64,000 nt of DNA from a virus. The position numbers and the translations under genes were made by a program. Location of the stretch: positions 4,643-68,642 of IMG/VR virus record IMGVR_UViG_3300044960_000029. The stretch is one strand, 5' to 3'. How positions within the stretch are numbered: the stretch's first letter is position 1; each line of letters starts with the position of its first letter. Below, piece after piece: positions 9,862 through 19,464 of the stretch. Under the pieces are notes generated by a model. It had not been told where the DNA came from. It saw only the letters and a list, made by a program, of their open reading frames with translations, and ran no database searches.

Positions 9862-11727
9862 TTATCTAAAACTTGCAGCTGCTAAATCATATCTTGCTGT
9901 TCCAACACCAGTCACGTCAGCAGATACAACACCAGTATTACTGACTAGGTTTGTCATTGAAAGATATACTGAACTACCACTTCCATATCCAAATATTGCT
10001 TTATCTCCACCATAACCTGCTGCTGCTAAACTATGTCTTGCTGTTCCAACACCAGTCACATTAGAAGATACAACACCAGTATTACTGACTAGGTTTGTTA
10101 TTGAAAGATATGAACCATTCCATCCATATCCAAATATTGCTTTATCTCCACCATAACTTGCAGCTGCTAAACTTTGTCTTGCTGTTCCAACACCAGTCAC
10201 GTCAGCAGATACAACACCAGTATTACTGACTAGGTTTGTTATTGAAACATATCCTAAAATACTTAATCCATATCCAAATATTGCTTTATCTCCACCATAA
10301 CTTGCTGCTGCTAAATATGTTCTTGCTGTTCCAACACCAGTCACATCAGAAGATACAACACCAGTATTACTGACTAGATTTGTTATTGAAACACGTCCTG
10401 AACTATTACTTCCATATCCAAATATTGCTTTATCTCCACCATAACCTGCAGCTGCTAAACCACTTCTTGCTGTTCCAACACCAGTCACATCAGAAGATAC
10501 AACACCAGTATTACTGACTAGGTTTGTCATTGAAAGATATGAACCATTCCATCCATATCCAAATATTGCTTTATCTCCACCATAACCTGCAGCTGCTAAA
10601 CCACTTCTTGCTGTTCCAACACCAGTCACATCAGCAGATACAACACCAGTATTACTGACTAGGTTTGTTATTGAAACATATCCTGAACTACTATATCCAT
10701 ATCCAAATATTGCATATGGATTTCCGCCGCTACCACTACCGCTACCACTACCACTATCACCACTACCACTACTACTACCACTACCACTACCACTATCACC
10801 ACTACCACTACCACTACCACTACCACTACCACTACTACCACTACCACTACCACTATCACCACTACCACTACCACTACCACTACCACTACCACTACCACTA
10901 TCACCGCTACCACTACCACTACCACTATCACCACTACCACTACCACTACCGCTGCCACCACCACCGCCTTGGTTATCACTATAATTTCCTACTAAAACAA
11001 TTTTACCAGCATATGGTGTAGAAAATATTACATTTATATTATTGTTATCAACAAAAGTTATATTATTTGGAACAATTGGAACTAAATTAAATCCTATATA
11101 CACATATATAGAATATACTAAATCTGTTGTATTTAAGCCATGATTAACATTCCATGTTGTTGATGGAGTTGTTTGAAGGTGTGTATATTTTGTTGCTGAA
11201 GAAGTTGATGATTCTAAAGTTAACCATATTGAGCCATCATATACTTTTAATTTGTTTATTGTTTTATCAAACCATAATTGTCCTCTAACTTTATTTGGTG
11301 GTTCTGTAGTATTAGCAAAATTATCTAAAAGATACAATAAATTTTGTTGTATATCTTCACCCCAATTAGAATTATTTCTTCCTGTTATTTTAAGTGGTGT
11401 ATTTACATAATAATTTGTTTGTGTTGGATGAAGAATGAATACGTTTGATAAATCAGTTCCATGAAAAACATACGATGTTGTGTTTGTTACAACACCATCA
11501 GCTATTGGTGATGGTAACGTTCCAACAATGTTAATTGTTGTTTTCCCACCCGAAAACGTGGCAGAAGACACCTTATATCTTCCATTATTACCAGTTGAAT
11601 TTTTAATATCAAATTCAACATCAGGATAACCTAATGGAGCATTGAAAACACCTGTTAAATTTCCATATGTTGAACTTAACGTAATTGAATTTGCTGTAAC
11701 TGAATCAATATTATAGCTTTTTGACAT
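9862..11727 (-). CDS. tail fibre/receptor-binding protein: virion anchor + Gly/Ser linker + 6-repeat propeller
   Basis: 'GRNNSNWGEDIQQNLLYLLDNFA..TEP...RGQLWFD...LKVYDG..W' is a common myovirus fibre anchor; ~80-aa GS linker; late promoter upstream. Confidence 0.75.
   Translation of the reverse strand: MSKSYNIDSVTANSITLSSTYGNLTGVFNAPLGYPDVEFDIKNSTGNNGRYKVSSATFSGGKTTINIVGTLPSPIADGVVTNTTSYVFHGTDLSNVFILHPTQTNYYVNTPLKITGRNNSNWGEDIQQNLLYLLDNFANTTEPPNKVRGQLWFDKTINKLKVYDGSIWLTLESSTSSATKYTHLQTTPSTTWNVNHGLNTTDLVYSIYVYIGFNLVPIVPNNITFVDNNNINVIFSTPYAGKIVLVGNYSDNQGGGGGSGSGSGSGDSGSGSGSGDSGSGSGSGSGSGSGDSGSGSGSSGSGSGSGSGSGDSGSGSGSSSGSGDSGSGSGSGSGGNPYAIFGYGYSSSGYVSITNLVSNTGVVSADVTGVGTARSGLAAAGYGGDKAIFGYGWNGSYLSMTNLVSNTGVVSSDVTGVGTARSGLAAAGYGGDKAIFGYGSNSSGRVSITNLVSNTGVVSSDVTGVGTARTYLAAASYGGDKAIFGYGLSILGYVSITNLVSNTGVVSADVTGVGTARQSLAAASYGGDKAIFGYGWNGSYLSITNLVSNTGVVSSNVTGVGTARHSLAAAGYGGDKAIFGYGSGSSVYLSMTNLVSNTGVVSADVTGVGTARYDLAAASFR
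10724..10967 (-). repeat. (CCACTA)n-based coding microsatellite encoding a GS linker
   Basis: direct reading of ccactaccacta... with periodic tca (Asp) interruptions. Confidence 0.95.
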
Positions 11728-11759
11728 TTTTATTTTTTAATATTTGTTTATTATCTATA

Positions 11760-11767
11760 TATTTATA
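11760..11767 (-). promoter_or_regulatory. T4-type late promoter
   Basis: TATAAATA on the minus strand ~33 nt upstream of the fibre gene. Confidence 0.7.
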
Positions 11768-11867
11768 AAATTTAAATAAAAATCAAAATTATATTTGACA
11801 TAATACATAAAAATTATTATGCAAATTCACACATTTAACTTATTAATTTATTTTAAAAAAATTTTAA

Positions 11868-11896
11868 TTTACATTTTGTCCTATTTTTGATATAAT
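11868..11896 (+). promoter_or_regulatory. sigma70-type early promoter
   Basis: TTTACA-17 nt-TATAAT with extended -10 TG, upstream of the RNA ligase. Confidence 0.65.
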
Positions 11897-11929
11897 TTCT
11901 ATATTTAAAATGTGCTGATATAGAAAAAA

Positions 11930-12565
11930 ATGAAACAATATATAAAATATCCAAGGACATTTCATCTACCTTGGTCAGAAGGTATTACTGACGACGACAA
12001 GGTGCTAAAGAACATTTCCCATTTTATAGACAAGGAAATTGTTGTCTCAGAAAAAATGGATGGTGAAAATACAACCATGTATAAAGATTTTATTCATGCA
12101 AGAAGTATAGATAGTAAATACCATCCATCAAGAAGCTGGGTAAATAATTTTTGGGCTAGTATTGCTCATTTGATTCCAGATGGATGGCGTATATGTGGTG
12201 AAAATTTATACGCTGTTCACTCAATTCATTATAATAATCTAAAAAGCTATTTTTATGGCTTTTCTGTATGGAATAATTATAATGAGTGTTTATCGTGGGA
12301 TGAAACAATTACATTTTTCAACAATATTGGAATCATTCACGTCCCAGTTTTATATCGTGGAATGTTCGATGAAAAAATTATTAAAAGTCTATGGAGTGGT
12401 GATCTAAAAGAAAATGGTGAAGGATATGTAGTAAGATGTGTTGATAGTTTCAAATACGATGAATTTAATAAAAATGTAGCTAAATTTGTACGATCAAATC
12501 ACGTACAAACAGATACTCATTGGATGCATACAAAAATTAAACGTAACTCATTATGTAGTATATGA
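11930..12565 (+). CDS. RNA ligase family protein (ATP-dependent nucleotidyltransferase)
   Basis: 'KYPRTFHLPWS', motif I 'EKMDGEN', 'ICGEN', 'EGYVVR', 'AKFVR'. Confidence 0.85.
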   Translation: MKQYIKYPRTFHLPWSEGITDDDKVLKNISHFIDKEIVVSEKMDGENTTMYKDFIHARSIDSKYHPSRSWVNNFWASIAHLIPDGWRICGENLYAVHSIHYNNLKSYFYGFSVWNNYNECLSWDETITFFNNIGIIHVPVLYRGMFDEKIIKSLWSGDLKENGEGYVVRCVDSFKYDEFNKNVAKFVRSNHVQTDTHWMHTKIKRNSLCSI

Positions 12566-12583
12566 ACTACTATATTATTTTAT

Positions 12584-12612
12584 AAAATGGAGCCTTCGAG
12601 CTCCATTTTTAA
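12584..12612 (+). terminator. intrinsic terminator after the RNA ligase
   Basis: aaaatggagc-cttcga-gctccatttt hairpin followed by T-rich sequence. Confidence 0.75.
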
Positions 12613-12675
12613 TTTTTAGAAATAAACATACAATCCTCAATTAACTTTAATAAATAAATTAAACATGGAGTAATT

Positions 12676-14202
12676 ATGATTAAATGTCCAATATGTGAAA
12701 CAGAATTATCTAAAATAGATAAACAACATCTTAAAAAACATTCATTAACTTTTGATGAATATATCTTAAGATATGGTAAAGATGCCCCATTTGGATATTC
12801 TGAAGAACTAAAACTAAAAAAATCGGGTGATAATCACCCATTTAAAGGACATAAACGTTCAGAAGAACAACGAAAAAATATAAGTGCTGGGATTAAAAAA
12901 CTATGGGATGAAGGTAAAGTTTCTGCTAAACAAATAAATGCAATAGGAATTCGCTCAAGATTAGCTAAAGAGAATGGTAACCATTTTAATTTAGGTAGAA
13001 AATATGAACGAACTGATGAATATAAAGAAAAATTATCTAAAGCTTTATTAGAATATTATAAAAAATTTCCTAAATCTAAATATATTGGCGATAATGATAG
13101 ATATAATAAACAATTATTGCATATACAGAAATTAGCTGAAAGTACTAAATTAAAAACAAAAAATAATTTATTAAATAAACTTGAAAATAATTTTTCAAAT
13201 GTTAATCTATTGATTAATAATAGAATTTTATGTAATTGCAAAAAATGTAATACTTTACTTAATTATTCATTAGATACATTTGAAAAATATTCTTTTAATA
13301 ATACTATCTGTCATAAATGTAATCCGAGACAAAAAGGATATTCAAAAGGAGAATTAGATTTATTTAATTTTATTTTATCATTATGTCCTGATGCTATTCA
13401 TGGTAATAAAAACATCATTAAAAATGGATTAGAACTTGACATTTTTGTTCCATCAAAGAATATTGCTTTCGAATATAATGGATTATATTGGCATTCTGAT
13501 CTTTATAAAGATAAACAATATCATTTAAACAAAACAGAAGAATGTGAAAAATTAGGAATTCAATTAATTCATATTTTTGAAGATGAATGGGAATATAAAA
13601 ATGAATTAATAAAAGAAAAGATTAAACATGTTTTAAATTTAAATAATAATAAAAAATATTATGCTAGGGAATGCGAAGTAAAAGAATTACCATTTAAAGA
13701 TGTTAAAAACTTTTTAAATGATTATCACATACAGGGTAATGGAGTAAAAACCAAAATTAATTTAGGATTATTTTATGATGATTTATTAGTAGGTGTTATG
13801 ACTTTTGGTAATTTACGAAAAAATTTAAATAGTAAAAGTAAAGATGGTCATTATGAATTAATTAGATTTTGCACTAAAGATAATGTTATAGGTGCTGGTG
13901 GTAAATTATTTTCATATATGGTTAAAAAATTTAATCCGAAATATATAGTATCATATGCAGACAGAAGATGGTCATCATTATTAAATGTTGAAAATAGTTT
14001 ATATTATAAATTAGGTTTTAAATTAGACCATATTTCTAAGCCAGGTTATTTTTATACTGATTTTGTTAAACGATATAATAGATTTGGTTTTAGAAAACCA
14101 AAAACTGATTTATTAATTAACGAGGCTCAATTTTGGGAAAAATATGGCTTCAGACGTATATGGGATTGTGGAAATTTAGTATTTGTTAAATATTTTGAAT
14201 AA
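12676..14202 (+). CDS. homing endonuclease-like protein (Zn finger, NUMOD3-like, PD-(D/E)XK-like nuclease, GNAT-like C-terminus)
   Basis: 'CPIC...HLKKH', 'HPFKGHKRSEEQRKNIS', 'ELDIFVPSKNIAFEYNGLYWH', 'YELIRFC...YADRRWS','RIWDCGN'. Confidence 0.75.
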   Translation: MIKCPICETELSKIDKQHLKKHSLTFDEYILRYGKDAPFGYSEELKLKKSGDNHPFKGHKRSEEQRKNISAGIKKLWDEGKVSAKQINAIGIRSRLAKENGNHFNLGRKYERTDEYKEKLSKALLEYYKKFPKSKYIGDNDRYNKQLLHIQKLAESTKLKTKNNLLNKLENNFSNVNLLINNRILCNCKKCNTLLNYSLDTFEKYSFNNTICHKCNPRQKGYSKGELDLFNFILSLCPDAIHGNKNIIKNGLELDIFVPSKNIAFEYNGLYWHSDLYKDKQYHLNKTEECEKLGIQLIHIFEDEWEYKNELIKEKIKHVLNLNNNKKYYARECEVKELPFKDVKNFLNDYHIQGNGVKTKINLGLFYDDLLVGVMTFGNLRKNLNSKSKDGHYELIRFCTKDNVIGAGGKLFSYMVKKFNPKYIVSYADRRWSSLLNVENSLYYKLGFKLDHISKPGYFYTDFVKRYNRFGFRKPKTDLLINEAQFWEKYGFRRIWDCGNLVFVKYFE

Positions 14203-14311
14203 ATGGATGGGTTTTTATTTAATTTAGAGAATAAAATAAATCTGTCAAAAATATATATTTTCACAAAATAGATATTAATGCTTATAAAAATAAAATCATA
14301 TTTTTATTCTT

Positions 14312-15736
14312 TTATTTAAAATATTTTTTAACAAATACGAAGTTACCACAATCCCATATACGTCTATATCCATTATTAAACATATTTTCTGCTTCACTTA
14401 ATGATTCATCAAAAACTTGTAATTTATCTCTAAGTTTATGTTTCTGAAACTTAATTCTAGATTCAAGTTTATTATTATTTTTAAAATAAAAATAATTAGG
14501 ACTACTATCTGATAATTTATTAAATCCTAATTTGAAATATAAATTTCCATTACTCCATCGTTTATCTGCATATGCTACTATATTTTTAGGTTTATTATTT
14601 TTTTCAAAATAATTTAATAATTTACTAGCACCACCTACAACATTATATTTAGAACAATATCTAATTAACTCCCATTCATATTTTTTATTAAATCTTGGCT
14701 TACCAAAAGTCATTAATGAAACTAATTCATTATTTAAATATAAACCATAACGAATTTTTGATATACACTTTCCTTGAATGTGATATTTTTCCAAAAAATC
14801 ATTAGCTTCTAAATTTGATATTTCTTTAATTATACAATTTCTTGCATATATTCGTTTATTAATTTTAAGCTTTGAAAATATTGTTAATAAAACTATTTCT
14901 TTTTTGTTTATCCATTCATTTTCAAATATATGAATAAGTTGAATTCCTTTATTAGCACATATATTTGTTTTATTTAAATGTTTATCTCTTTCTTCTTTGG
15001 TTTCTAATCTATTAAAAGAATGCCAGTATAACCCATTAAATTCTATAGCTATTTTCTCATCCGGAAAATATAAATCTAATTCATATGGATAAATTTCTTT
15101 CCTATCATTAACTAAAATTTTGCCATTATAAATTTTTCTAATTTCAGTTAATATTTCTCTATGGTGATTTGAAGAAGTCTTATGATGAAAACAGGATGGG
15201 CATTCAGGTTCAATAACTCCATTATTAGCAAATGTTTCAAATTCGAGCTCGCATCTTAAACATTTCCATTTAAGTTTAGAATTTCTAACATTTTTAAATT
15301 CATCCTTTGTTGTTAATAATTCATAATTTTTAAATTGTTTAAATCTATTTGACTCCCATAAATTAGTTAAATATGTATTTCGTAACTTATTTTTAATATC
15401 TATATTTTGCCATGGAAATTCTGTACCAAATTTTTTAATTGATGTTTGTTTTCTTTTATTTTTTACAATTTCATTGTTATTTGAACATTTAAGAGAACAA
15501 TAATCCTTAGTATATCCTTGATTAAATGAAGTGAATTTTTTAATAGGATTTCCACATGTTAAACATTTTTTAGGATAATCTTTAAGATTATTCATTCTCC
15601 AATATATTGCTTCAACTAATGATAGGTTATCATATCCATCTAATATCTTATTTTTTTCAAAATCAGATAATGCTTGTAACTTATTAGGTCTAAATACACC
15701 TGTTTCTGTAAAAATTTTTTTAAAAATTTCGTCCAT
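14312..15736 (-). CDS. homing endonuclease-like protein, same family
   Basis: 'YELDLYFPDEKIAIEFNGLYWH', 'WELIRYC', 'YADKRWSNG', 'RIWDCGN'. Confidence 0.75.
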   Translation of the reverse strand: MDEIFKKIFTETGVFRPNKLQALSDFEKNKILDGYDNLSLVEAIYWRMNNLKDYPKKCLTCGNPIKKFTSFNQGYTKDYCSLKCSNNNEIVKNKRKQTSIKKFGTEFPWQNIDIKNKLRNTYLTNLWESNRFKQFKNYELLTTKDEFKNVRNSKLKWKCLRCELEFETFANNGVIEPECPSCFHHKTSSNHHREILTEIRKIYNGKILVNDRKEIYPYELDLYFPDEKIAIEFNGLYWHSFNRLETKEERDKHLNKTNICANKGIQLIHIFENEWINKKEIVLLTIFSKLKINKRIYARNCIIKEISNLEANDFLEKYHIQGKCISKIRYGLYLNNELVSLMTFGKPRFNKKYEWELIRYCSKYNVVGGASKLLNYFEKNNKPKNIVAYADKRWSNGNLYFKLGFNKLSDSSPNYFYFKNNNKLESRIKFQKHKLRDKLQVFDESLSEAENMFNNGYRRIWDCGNFVFVKKYFK

Positions 15737-15870
15737 TTTATTTTCTCTCTATTTTACTTATATATTTGTAAAGTAGAATTAATCAGTATTTAAATTCTTA
15801 AAAATTTTAATGGAAATATAACGTCAAAATCACATATTTGATTTATGATAATTAAGTGTGTTTTTATATA

Positions 15871-16854
15871 TTACACATTTAATTCAGAAAATAGAATAAG
15901 TTTATCAAACATATTTTCTTCATAAACATCTGTAGTTTTTTGGTCTTGCAATATTTTAATTCCTAGTTTTCCATTATTACATGATATTATTTTTGTTGAC
16001 ATTTGTATTTCATCTATTAAAATATTTTTCTTTATTTCTTTTACATATTCATTAATAATAAGTAGTTCGCTAAGTTTATCTTTTGGTGATTTAAATGATT
16101 TTTTATAATTCAATTTGGCTGGTATAATTTGTAAGTTACTAGCAGCAGAAATTATTTCGCAATTAATATTATTTTTCCATCCATCAAAAATAGTTACAAC
16201 GTGATCAATATGATAATCGGTTTTTGAAATTTTTAAATTTTGTGGATTAATAATATGTTTATATTTTTTATAAACTTTTAATGTGAGTAATCTTACGATT
16301 CTTGAATATTCTTCAAATGAAAGTGACTGTTTTTTCATTATAAGTTTTCTTTGTTGTTTTTTACGTTCTATATTTACAGATGTCATTTTTGACTGTCTAA
16401 TTTTAGGACCGCATATTGAACAATAATTATATGGATTTGTGAAAAGTGATAAGTTATCAACTTTAAAAATATGTCCACATATTTTATTTTTTACTGTAAA
16501 AATTTTTCTACCAAACTTACCTTCTTTAGATAAATTAGATAATAATTCAAAATTTTGTAAACTTTTTATTTTTTCTATGAGTTCAATATTTGATTGTTTA
16601 ATTTTGTTATCATAAACACAACGTGATGAACAATATTGACGATATCCTTTAAAAAAATTTTCAAAAAGTGTAGGCTTTCCACAATTTTTACAAAAATGTT
16701 CAACATTACCGTTGATAGCTATATAAGCTTTTTCTGATATAGTTTTTCCGTCTTTAATCGAATTGACATACTCAAATAAATCTGGATATTTATAAAGATA
16801 ACGACCCCATGTATTTGGATTATTTAAAATATAAGTTTGTAACTGAATTTTCAT
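15871..16854 (-). CDS. HNH homing endonuclease-like protein
   Basis: 'YHIDHVV...NLQII....N..K' HNH-type motif; N-terminal 'CKNCG...YCSSRC' shared with the other endonuclease-like genes. Confidence 0.7.
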   Translation of the reverse strand: MKIQLQTYILNNPNTWGRYLYKYPDLFEYVNSIKDGKTISEKAYIAINGNVEHFCKNCGKPTLFENFFKGYRQYCSSRCVYDNKIKQSNIELIEKIKSLQNFELLSNLSKEGKFGRKIFTVKNKICGHIFKVDNLSLFTNPYNYCSICGPKIRQSKMTSVNIERKKQQRKLIMKKQSLSFEEYSRIVRLLTLKVYKKYKHIINPQNLKISKTDYHIDHVVTIFDGWKNNINCEIISAASNLQIIPAKLNYKKSFKSPKDKLSELLIINEYVKEIKKNILIDEIQMSTKIISCNNGKLGIKILQDQKTTDVYEENMFDKLILFSELNV

Positions 16855-16871
16855 ATGAAATTATTTTTATG

Positions 16872-16911
16872 AAAAAAACTAAAATGGGTGCCTTTTTAAA
16901 GCACCCATTTT
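16872..16911 (-). terminator. intrinsic terminator after the major capsid gene
   Basis: aaaatgggtgc/gcacccatttt inverted repeat followed by a T run on the minus strand. Confidence 0.75.
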
Positions 16912-16951
16912 TAGAAAATTATCCTAAATAATATTTTTTAGGAATATTATT

Positions 16952-18151
16952 TTATGCAAACACCAAGTTAGCAACGTTAACCCTACCATAGTAATCTGCT
17001 GAGTTGCCTAATGATGTAGCAGTTGAGGTAAATGTTGCTTTACCATAACGTGTCATTAAGCTAACTTGTGGGTTGTAAGTTGCTGGATCGATAACAACGT
17101 TGCTGCTCATTAATGGGATATATGGACAGTAGAAATAACCTGTGTCCATTTCTCCTGTACCACCTTTATATCCAACTAGAACTGGTTCTGTACCTTGATC
17201 GTGGAAGATATAGGTATAAACCTTAATTGATCCATTTAATGTACCAATTAATTTTGTTCCATTTGGAGCTTCAAAGCTACCTGAAACTGCTGGAGCAAAT
17301 ACTGCTTTGCTTGCGGATTGTAGAACTGATGCAACTAGTGGAGAAACAACAATCCAGTTACCTGCTCCTCTACGTGTCTTACGTGCAATTTCATTAGCAA
17401 CTTTGTTGATAAGGACACCAAGAACTGCATGACGATCACCAACATAGTTAGGAACGCCAGTGAAAGCACCAGCCATATCAAATGTTTCAACTGTACCTGC
17501 TAAAGCTATGAGATCATTAATAATTTCATCATTGATTTCATTAACGATTTCGTTAGATAGAGCAGCAGTAATTTCTGCTTCAAGATCTAAGCCATGTTGT
17601 GCTGAAAGATCTTGAGCTGCTTCAATTGTCCACTTAGCTTGTAGCTTTCTTGTACCAGCTGTAACAGTTTGCTTAAGAACTTCTAACTTAAGTCTCTTAC
17701 CACCATAAGCTTCAAAATCTGCTGTTGGTGCTGCTTCACCAGTTGCTGTACCACCAACAACATTACCAGAATACCAACGCTTGGTTTTGCTGTTGTTACC
17801 AAATACTTCGTCACCTGCAGCGATATCTTCTGGACCTGCACCTGGTGGTGGAACATCAGTAGCATCAGCAAATAAGAAGCGGATAGAGTATGCTAAACCT
17901 ACTGGACCGCTCATTGGCTGAACACCGACAAGTTCTGAAGCAATCGTATTAGGAATAATACGACGAATCATTGGTATTACAATTTTTTGGAAATTTCCAA
18001 TTGCACCTGCAGATGATGTAAATGCATCAGCAGTTTCAATTAAATATTTCTTCTGGTTTTCTAGAAGTGGAGCCATAATAGATTTTTTACGCTCACTTAA
18101 TCCTTCTAGAAGAACTTCCTTAGTTTCTGACCAATTTTCAAATAAATCCAT
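16952..18151 (-). CDS. gp23: major capsid protein (T4 gp23-like)
   Basis: 'LVGVQPMSGPVG', 'TRKLQAKWTIEAAQDL...HGLD', 'IARKTRRGAGN', 'FYCPYIPL', 'MTRYG'. Confidence 0.95.
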   Translation of the reverse strand: MDLFENWSETKEVLLEGLSERKKSIMAPLLENQKKYLIETADAFTSSAGAIGNFQKIVIPMIRRIIPNTIASELVGVQPMSGPVGLAYSIRFLFADATDVPPPGAGPEDIAAGDEVFGNNSKTKRWYSGNVVGGTATGEAAPTADFEAYGGKRLKLEVLKQTVTAGTRKLQAKWTIEAAQDLSAQHGLDLEAEITAALSNEIVNEINDEIINDLIALAGTVETFDMAGAFTGVPNYVGDRHAVLGVLINKVANEIARKTRRGAGNWIVVSPLVASVLQSASKAVFAPAVSGSFEAPNGTKLIGTLNGSIKVYTYIFHDQGTEPVLVGYKGGTGEMDTGYFYCPYIPLMSSNVVIDPATYNPQVSLMTRYGKATFTSTATSLGNSADYYGRVNVANLVFA

Positions 18152-18181
18152 AATTATCTCCTCTCAAATTTAAAACAAAGG

Positions 18182-19087
18182 TTACTTAACAAGTGCAAGT
18201 TTGCGTAATCTAGCAAACACTGCATCTTTTTCTTTATCTTTGCTGTTTTCCTCTGTAATAACTTGGGTTTCCCCAGTATCACCAGTAACCACAGCAGTTG
18301 ACTCATTTGTCTTATTTTTTTCTTCTTTAATCACTTCATTGGTTTCTGTTTTAACATCTTCTTTCAACACTCTACCAATGAAATAATTATATGCTTCTTG
18401 AAGCTTTGATGTTTCAACATTCTTCAAAATGAATTCCATCTGCTCACGTTTTTTACCTGTCAATGAAGATAGAATTTCATTAAGTTTAGCTTCACGAATC
18501 ATTTGAGCTTTGCTTCTTTCTGATTCTGCTAATCTCTTTTCAACATCTTCAAGTTTTTGTTTTGTTGCATTTAATTCAGAAGCAATTGAATCTTCATCAA
18601 TGAAATTCTTGTTATATTCTGAAACAAATGCCTCAAACATACGACGACCAAAATCATTTTGTTTAACGACTTCTAAATCTTCTTTTAATTCTTCCATCTC
18701 TTCTGCTAATCTCATTTCGAAGAATGCATCAATTTTATCAACTAATTCATCAAGTTCTGATGCTAATTGAGTAGCTAAGTTATGCTTTTCTTCTACTAAT
18801 TTTTCAGCATATTCAGCTTCCAAATCGCGAAAACGATTTATGTCATCTTTTAATTCATCTATTTCTTTTTCTAAAGCTTCAGAAACAAATGTATCAATTT
18901 TTTCAATAAGAGCATTACGCTCATTTGACCATTGCTCAGCGAGTTCGGACCTTACTTCTAGAGAGACTTCTTCACGGATTTGATTCTTATATGCTTCAAT
19001 AGATTCATTCCATTTTGTTGTCAACTCTTGCTTGGTCTCCTCACTTAGCAATTCTGAATTAATAAGTTTTTGTAAAATTTCATCCAT
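18182..19087 (-). CDS. gp22: prohead core scaffolding protein (gp22-like)
   Basis: acidic coiled coil with 'FGRRMFEAF'; immediately upstream of the capsid gene. Confidence 0.85.
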   Translation of the reverse strand: MDEILQKLINSELLSEETKQELTTKWNESIEAYKNQIREEVSLEVRSELAEQWSNERNALIEKIDTFVSEALEKEIDELKDDINRFRDLEAEYAEKLVEEKHNLATQLASELDELVDKIDAFFEMRLAEEMEELKEDLEVVKQNDFGRRMFEAFVSEYNKNFIDEDSIASELNATKQKLEDVEKRLAESERSKAQMIREAKLNEILSSLTGKKREQMEFILKNVETSKLQEAYNYFIGRVLKEDVKTETNEVIKEEKNKTNESTAVVTGDTGETQVITEENSKDKEKDAVFARLRKLALVK

Positions 19088-19208
19088 ATTTTTCTCCTTT
19101 TCATTTCTTAATTATATAAAGGGCTTAAATTTTAAATCATCAGTTGAACATCGTTTAAGATGTTTGTTATCAAGTATAAAAATTTATTATTAATATAATA
19201 TGTAAATA

Positions 19209-19216
19209 TATTTATA
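19209..19216 (-). promoter_or_regulatory. T4-type late promoter
   Basis: TATAAATA upstream of the scaffold/capsid operon. Confidence 0.7.
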
Positions 19217-19251
19217 GAAATCGCGAAAAAACACAAAAAAATCAAACGCTT

Positions 19252-19464
19252 TTAATCAATATCTATTGTTTTATCTTCATCATTTTCGGTTTCAACATTT
19301 ACAGTTTCATCATTTGTAGTTTCGTCATTCATAGTCACATGATTAAAACCAACAACTTCTTGGGTTTTAGTTGTTAAATAGGAATGCAATGCAAGTGTTG
19401 CAGATTCTTGATTATCATTAATCAAATCATTTAAAACCTTCTTTAAAAGTTCTTTATCTGCCAT
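19252..19464 (-). CDS. small acidic prohead core protein (gp67-like)
   Basis: 70 aa, acidic tail, strong GGAGG RBS, head operon position. Confidence 0.55.
   Translation of the reverse strand: MADKELLKKVLNDLINDNQESATLALHSYLTTKTQEVVGFNHVTMNDETTNDETVNVETENDEDKTIDID

Larger units (their letters stand above)
7186..10720 (-). repeat. 23 near-identical coding repeats of ~138-144 bp across four genes
   Basis: recurring + strand blocks such as ccatatccaaatattgctttatctccaccataa and cttgctgttccaacaccagtcac. Confidence 0.95.

Noticed and set aside
7186-10720. CRISPR array suggested by conserved blocks alternating with variable segments
   Set aside because: Repeats are in-frame coding units of ~141 bp, variable parts are only ~6-24 nt, and no cas genes are present
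10665-11021. His/Tyr-rich (+) and poly-Val (-) ORFs
   Set aside because: Alternative-frame readings of the GS-linker microsatellite
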